This document shows, in pieces, positions 59,090 through 64,000 of a stretch of DNA of 64,000 bases. The stretch is from Candidatus Omnitrophota bacterium (GTDB lineage Bacteria; Omnitrophota; Gorgyraeia; Zapsychrales; Zapsychraceae). Where the stretch lies: contig JADFYE010000012.1 of the NCBI GenBank assembly GCA_015233195.1, positions 989 to 64,988 on the forward strand, given 5' to 3'. The translations under genes were made by a program, and so were the position numbers. Each line of letters starts with the position of its first letter. Position 1 is the stretch's first letter. Under the pieces are notes generated by a model that made no database searches, was not told the DNA's origin, and saw nothing but the letters and a program-made list of their open reading frames with translations.

Positions 59090-59196
59090 TTTGATTTTAT
59101 TTTCCTCAAAAAAAATAAATATACAAATTATTTTTTTCTGTTAAATTAAATGGAGTTAAAATAAGTTAAAATGAGTTAGTTCGAGGAGAGGGTTTC

Positions 59197-59898
59197 ATGT
59201 CAGAATATCAAGTTATGACCACCAGGGAATTGGCTGAATATATTAAACTTAATGAAAAAACTATCATTAAAATGGCGCAAAATGGTGAATTGCCAGGCGT
59301 AAAAGTTGGAAACCAATGGCGTTTTCACCTCGCAAGTATTGATAAATATCTCCAAAACCATAACCTGCGCCAGGTAAAAAACGAAGATTTTGATTATGGA
59401 CAACGCACCAGTGAAGAACTGATCGCGCTGTCTCGACTGATAAATGAAGATCTTATTGATTTAAACCTTAAGGCAAAAACTAAAGATGATGTATTAAAAA
59501 AAATTGTTAAAATCGCGGTAGACGCAAACATCACTGACCATGGTAAAGAGTTACTCGAACAATTAAAAAAGCGTGAAGCAATGTTAACTACTGCAATCGG
59601 TAATGGCATTGCAATACCACATCCTCGTAATCCATCAAATATGTTTTTTTTCAAGCCTTCAGTCATAATCGCCCGCTGTAAAGAAGGAATTGATTTTGAT
59701 TCTCCAGACAATAAAAAAGTACATGTTTTTATTATGGTCTGTGCAACCAATGAATACGTCCATTTACGTCTGCTATCTAAAATAGCTAAGTTAACCCATT
59801 CCAAAGAATTTTATTCCACAATATTAAACGCAGATAAAGCATCTGACATATTAAAAACCTTAATGCTATTTGAGCGAAACGAATTATTCTCATTTTAG
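59197..59898 (+). CDS. HTH (excisionase/MerR-type) domain fused to a PTS EIIA-2 (PtsN/fructose-type) domain
   Basis: The N-terminus MTTRELAEYIKLNEKTIIKMAQNGELPGVKVGNQWRF is a helix-turn-helix_17-like motif. The EIIA-2 active-site context is GNGIAIPHPR. Confidence 0.8.
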   Translation: MSEYQVMTTRELAEYIKLNEKTIIKMAQNGELPGVKVGNQWRFHLASIDKYLQNHNLRQVKNEDFDYGQRTSEELIALSRLINEDLIDLNLKAKTKDDVLKKIVKIAVDANITDHGKELLEQLKKREAMLTTAIGNGIAIPHPRNPSNMFFFKPSVIIARCKEGIDFDSPDNKKVHVFIMVCATNEYVHLRLLSKIAKLTHSKEFYSTILNADKASDILKTLMLFERNELFSF

Positions 59899-59922
59899 TT
59901 GTTGAGCAAACTGGAGATTATT

Positions 59923-60297
59923 ATGATTAAATGGATATATTTAATAATCGGCGGAATTGTTGGAACAGCTTCGAGATACAGCTTAGCTGGATTTGTACAA
60001 GAAAAATGCGTAACAACTTTTCCTTGGGGAACTTTATCGGTAAATCTTATTGGCTGTTTAATCGTCGGATTTTTAGATGTTTTATTTGAAAAAAAATTCT
60101 TATTGAGTATAAATGCCCGTATTTTATTAATGACCGGTTTCTGCGGCGCATTTACTACTTTTTCTACCCTAATATTAGAAACTTCAAATTTAATCAAAAG
60201 CAATCAAATAACCTATGCATTAGGTAATATTTTAATAAGTTTTGTATTTGGTTTTGCCGCCTTCAAATTAGGCGCAGTTATTGCAGAATTTATCTAA
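59923..60297 (+). CDS. crcB: Fluoride ion channel CrcB/Fluc
   Basis: Start at ATG 59923 after GGAG. Motifs GGIVGTASRY and GFCGAFTTFST, about 124 aa and 4 TM helices. Confidence 0.85.
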   Translation: MIKWIYLIIGGIVGTASRYSLAGFVQEKCVTTFPWGTLSVNLIGCLIVGFLDVLFEKKFLLSINARILLMTGFCGAFTTFSTLILETSNLIKSNQITYALGNILISFVFGFAAFKLGAVIAEFI

Positions 60298-60314
60298 ACT
60301 TAAAGGAGTTATTT

Positions 60315-60644
60315 ATGAAAATCCCTTCCGAGGGCAGATTATTAAGAATCTTCATTGGTGAACAAGATAAGTGGCAAGGCGTACCGCTTTATGAAGCTAT
60401 TGTTATTCTGGCACGCAGAGAAAAAATGGCGGGGGCAACAGTAATAAAAGGATGCATGGGTTTTGGATGTAAAAGCCATCTTCATACAACCAAAATTCTT
60501 AGAATGTCTGAAGATCTGCCAATGATAATTGAAATTGTTGACAGCAAAGAAAAGATCGATAATTTTTTACCGCATCTAGATGAAATGGTGAAAGAAGGCT
60601 TAGTCACCCTCGAAGACATAAACGTCAATATTTATCGTGCCTAA
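60315..60644 (+). CDS. DUF190 (PII-like fold) protein commonly linked to crcB
   Basis: RBS AAGGAG. The N-terminal pattern LLRIFIGEQDKWQGVPLYEAIV and a length of 109 aa fit DUF190. It is adjacent to crcB. Confidence 0.75.
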   Translation: MKIPSEGRLLRIFIGEQDKWQGVPLYEAIVILARREKMAGATVIKGCMGFGCKSHLHTTKILRMSEDLPMIIEIVDSKEKIDNFLPHLDEMVKEGLVTLEDINVNIYRA

Positions 60645-60653
60645 AAATCCCAA

Positions 60654-63600
60654 TCAAAACAATTCTTTTTGCGTGGACTTATCCGAATGTTTTTGCGTTT
60701 TATCTTTTGAACTTTCTAATAAATTCCGTTCGATTAAATCTATGAACCGGCTGCGTTCAAGTTTATATTCATGCCCAAATAAAAACCGTTTGTTGGAACT
60801 TGTTAAATAAATAAAATTCTGCGCTCTGGTCAAACCCACATAAAACAAACGGCATTCTTCTTTTATATCAGCTTTATTTTTTTCAAATAAAGTATAGGGT
60901 ATAATGCCTTCTTCGCAGCCCACAATAAAAACACATTTAAATTCCAAGCCTTTAGCAGCGTGCAGAGTAAGTAAAGAAACTTTTTCCATATTGATATTGT
61001 GCAAATCAATTTTTTTATTCAAACTTATAGTTTCTAAAAAAACCTTCATATCATTATTACTCATCCGAGCCATATTTACCGCCTTATCAATATCATCGGA
61101 AGCAAGAGGAGTTATAAAATAATTTTGGCATATTAAATTTACTTTTTCGTGCAGCGGCAAGTTTGCCATTTCTATAAAACCATGGTCAAGATCAAGCGGT
61201 TTCAATAATTCATTGTTCTCGATCTTATCCCGCAAAAATTTATTATTAGGGTCTTTAATAAAACTCAAAATATCGACGATAGCCTTAAAAGGCTCTATTT
61301 CAATTAGTAAGTTGTCATCACTGATTTGATACGGAATGTTATGGCTATGTAAAGCATCTACAATCGCAGGCGTCTGATGTTTACTGCGATACAGTATGGC
61401 AAAATCAGATAAACTATTTATATGTTTTGACTGATCTCCTGATGCAAGGTTACGGTCAATAGAATAAAAACTGGTGCCGCCTATCATTTGTTCAATAGTG
61501 CGAGCCACAAATTCCGCTTCACTTTTTTCAGTGCGGCTGCTATGGATATTTATATTAACACCTTCGTGCAAACCCTCGAAAGCCTCAGAAGCGCCCATCG
61601 GATCTATAACATTATTTGACGCCTTAAGTATTTTATTTGAACAACGATAACTTTGTCTTAATTGATAAACTTTGGCATTGGGATAATCATTAATAAACTC
61701 TTTAATATATTTTACGTCGGAACCACGAAACCCATAAATTGCTTGATTAGGATCACCAACTACAAAAATATTCTGAAGGAAAGAACTTAATAATTTCAAA
61801 AGCTGATACTGATTAAAATTTATATCCTGATATTCATCTATCAAAATCCATTTGAACCGATTCTGATATTTAGCCTGCAATTTTGTATCTGCCATCAAAC
61901 GCAAACACGGCAAATATATTAAATCCTCAAAATCCAACAATGTATTATCGCTCAAATATTTCTGATACTTATCAAACACAATTTTTAATTCTAAATCATC
62001 AATTTGTGTTGACGTCAATAAATTTTGCTTTAAGCTTTCAATTTTTAAACATAATTGTTTGGTTTTCCGGTCATTATTAGTAATGTCTTTGACAATCCGC
62101 ACTTTATCTTCTGGAGAAATAATTATAAAGGCTGAACCATTTATAGCTGCCTCAGTTAAAATTGAGTAACCTAATCCATGAAAAGTTTTGATAGTAATAT
62201 TTTCTGCTGCTTCAACACCAGATTCTTTTTTAACGCGGTCTTGAATCTCTGCGGCTGCTTTATTGGTGAAAGTAATAGCCAAGATTTCATCCGGTTTACT
62301 TTTATTATTCGTTAGCAAATAATTTATACGCGATACAATAGTTTTAGTTTTTCCTGTTCCTGGTCCAGCTAAAACCAACGCCGGACCATTTGCATGCTTT
62401 ACAGCTTCTAATTGCTGAGTATTAAGCCCGTTTTTTTTATCTATTTCAATTTTAACTTTTGGGTCGGTTTTAAATTGAGGGGAAGTCTTTTTATAATGTG
62501 TTAAATCAAAATTTATTAGTTCGCGTTTGGGACCAGGTTCAACAAATTTAATATTACTGAATAATGAGTCCCCTTGAGTCAATGAATTAGCTTCCGACTC
62601 ATTAAAAACCTTAATCACTCCATATTCTCCGTCATAACCCTCCTCAATATAAACTCGACGTTCACGCATTCTTTTTATTGCTTCACCTAAAATTGGGTTA
62701 CCTTTTTTTACAAGACTGTTGACCGGAATGTCTAATAAAATTTTTAATTCCGGACCAAACTTACGGATCAAAGCGTGATACTCATTAATAATTTTTTTAC
62801 TCCCGGGTCCGACATTAAATATTTCACTCAGAATCTCCGGCAAAGGTATGATTGAATAGAAAGGAAGTCTATTAGGCTTTTCCATTATATTTGTTCGGTC
62901 TGAAAGCTCAACAATACGATTAACTACTCCTATAGTTACAGGTTTTTTACATTTCGTACAAATACTGCCATGTTTAAACGTTTCGATTGGGTCCCACTGT
63001 ACATTACATTTTCTATGACCATCAAAGTGATATTTTCCTTCTTGAGGGAACAAATCAATGGTCCCTAAAAATTTATCTGCGTCGCCAGTTTTTAACGCTG
63101 CAATCATGGCTCCATACGACAAGTCCGTATTAAATATATTAGCGTTGCGTCCTAATTTATCCGGTGAATGCGCGTCAGAATTTGAAATCAAAGTATATTT
63201 ATCCAAGAACGAACACATCCAATTAAGCGGAGCATCAGTTGATAAACCAGTTTCAACCGCGTAAATATTTTTAGTCAGATCTTCAAAACATTCTTCAATA
63301 CTGTCAAACCCTGATTTGGAACCTAATACTGAAAACCAAGGCGTCCAAATATGCGCAGGTATAAAAAATATATCCGGTGACACAGACAAAGAAAGATCTA
63401 ATAAATTTTTGCAATCCATACCTATAATCGGACGACCGTCTGATTTTAAATTCGCCCCCAAATCAATTAATTTATGGCTTATCTTTTCTGCAGTCTTAAA
63501 ATCTGGAGATAAAATTACACTATGGACTTTTCTAACCCGATCATTTCTTTTAAATATCGTGCTGATCTCCGCGCTTAATAAAAACCGCGGCTCAATATCC

Positions 63601-63845
63601 GGAAGGTCAATAAAATAAGGGTGAGTTTTTAATATAAATTCTTTTTTAAGTTTAAATAGCCCTGGTTCTGCAGGCTGCAATTTTTCTTTTAACTCTTTAA
63701 TCCATCCTGGATGAGTGAAATCACCAGTAGCGACTACTTTTACACCTTTAATTCTTGCCCAAAGGTCTAAAAATTCCGGCATAAGTTCTTTACTGGTAGC
63801 CAAAGAACAATGAGAGTGAATATGAAAATCAGTTATAAATCGCAT
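60654..63845 (-). CDS. Endonuclease Q-like PHP nuclease fused to a UvrD/PcrA-type SF1 helicase (about 1064 aa)
   Basis: N-terminal motifs are ITDFHIHSHCS, GDFTHPGW, EGKYHFDGHRKC and CTKCKKP (PHP metal site plus zinc finger). C-terminal helicase motifs are AGPGTGKT (Walker A), LIDEYQDIN, VGDPNQAIYGFRG, QSYRC, LHAAKGLEF and YVGLTRA. The start could also be 63887, since neither candidate has a clear RBS. Confidence 0.85.
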   Translation of the reverse strand: MRFITDFHIHSHCSLATSKELMPEFLDLWARIKGVKVVATGDFTHPGWIKELKEKLQPAEPGLFKLKKEFILKTHPYFIDLPDIEPRFLLSAEISTIFKRNDRVRKVHSVILSPDFKTAEKISHKLIDLGANLKSDGRPIIGMDCKNLLDLSLSVSPDIFFIPAHIWTPWFSVLGSKSGFDSIEECFEDLTKNIYAVETGLSTDAPLNWMCSFLDKYTLISNSDAHSPDKLGRNANIFNTDLSYGAMIAALKTGDADKFLGTIDLFPQEGKYHFDGHRKCNVQWDPIETFKHGSICTKCKKPVTIGVVNRIVELSDRTNIMEKPNRLPFYSIIPLPEILSEIFNVGPGSKKIINEYHALIRKFGPELKILLDIPVNSLVKKGNPILGEAIKRMRERRVYIEEGYDGEYGVIKVFNESEANSLTQGDSLFSNIKFVEPGPKRELINFDLTHYKKTSPQFKTDPKVKIEIDKKNGLNTQQLEAVKHANGPALVLAGPGTGKTKTIVSRINYLLTNNKSKPDEILAITFTNKAAAEIQDRVKKESGVEAAENITIKTFHGLGYSILTEAAINGSAFIIISPEDKVRIVKDITNNDRKTKQLCLKIESLKQNLLTSTQIDDLELKIVFDKYQKYLSDNTLLDFEDLIYLPCLRLMADTKLQAKYQNRFKWILIDEYQDINFNQYQLLKLLSSFLQNIFVVGDPNQAIYGFRGSDVKYIKEFINDYPNAKVYQLRQSYRCSNKILKASNNVIDPMGASEAFEGLHEGVNINIHSSRTEKSEAEFVARTIEQMIGGTSFYSIDRNLASGDQSKHINSLSDFAILYRSKHQTPAIVDALHSHNIPYQISDDNLLIEIEPFKAIVDILSFIKDPNNKFLRDKIENNELLKPLDLDHGFIEMANLPLHEKVNLICQNYFITPLASDDIDKAVNMARMSNNDMKVFLETISLNKKIDLHNINMEKVSLLTLHAAKGLEFKCVFIVGCEEGIIPYTLFEKNKADIKEECRLFYVGLTRAQNFIYLTSSNKRFLFGHEYKLERSRFIDLIERNLLESSKDKTQKHSDKSTQKELF

Positions 63846-64000
63846 AAGTTTATATAATAGAAACAATTTTACCTTTATGCAAATCATTCTTTATGTAACG
63901 ATAGTTTTATTGCTTTTTTAAGAATTTTAGTTTATCCTATATATATTTTATTTTTTCCAATATAACCATTTTGAAGGAGATATTTATGAATTTTATGAAA

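Noticed and set aside
1-64000. Scan for CRISPR arrays, tRNA/rRNA genes, integrases, transposases, reverse transcriptases and toxin-antitoxin pairs
   Set aside because: Reading the intergenic regions and the ORF list turned up no regularly spaced direct repeats, no GGTTCGAATCC-type T-arms and no recombinase, transposase or RT motifs. This visual scan cannot exclude small or degenerate elements.

Overview
AT-rich chromosomal segment from what looks like an uncultivated, anaerobic, diderm bacterium. Outer-membrane markers are TolC/NodT factors, a TonB-dependent receptor and a GT9 heptosyltransferase. Anaerobe markers are Hcp, IorAB and several ferredoxins. About 57 protein genes are packed tightly, all but three on the + strand. 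I found no rRNA, tRNA, CRISPR array, integrase or transposase. Contents in order: two RND efflux loci flanking glgX; a c-di-AMP (ydaO-type) riboswitch ahead of uppP and a KimA-like transporter; a pabB-pabC fusion; an Rrf2-ferredoxin-hcp module with a shared palindromic operator; a two-component system; a TonB receptor; housekeeping genes; a trpE-trpGD-trpB-trpA cluster with a TrpR homologue, tandem operators and iorAB; a lipoprotein/M48 protease trio; an SGNH-SGNH-carbamoyltransferase-SxtJ-DUF5989-GT9 envelope cluster; pfk; crcB-DUF190; and an EndoQ-UvrD fusion. The items most worth follow-up are a 928-aa secreted protein with two tandem degenerate kinase-like domains, the 1064-aa EndoQ/UvrD-type helicase fusion, two GC-enriched highly structured non-coding islands (29960-30445 and 40037-40214), the intercistronic riboswitch with a Lys/Cys-rich micro-ORF, and the carbamoyltransferase cluster. 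All calls rest on reading the sequence and remembered family motifs. No database search or folding computation was run.
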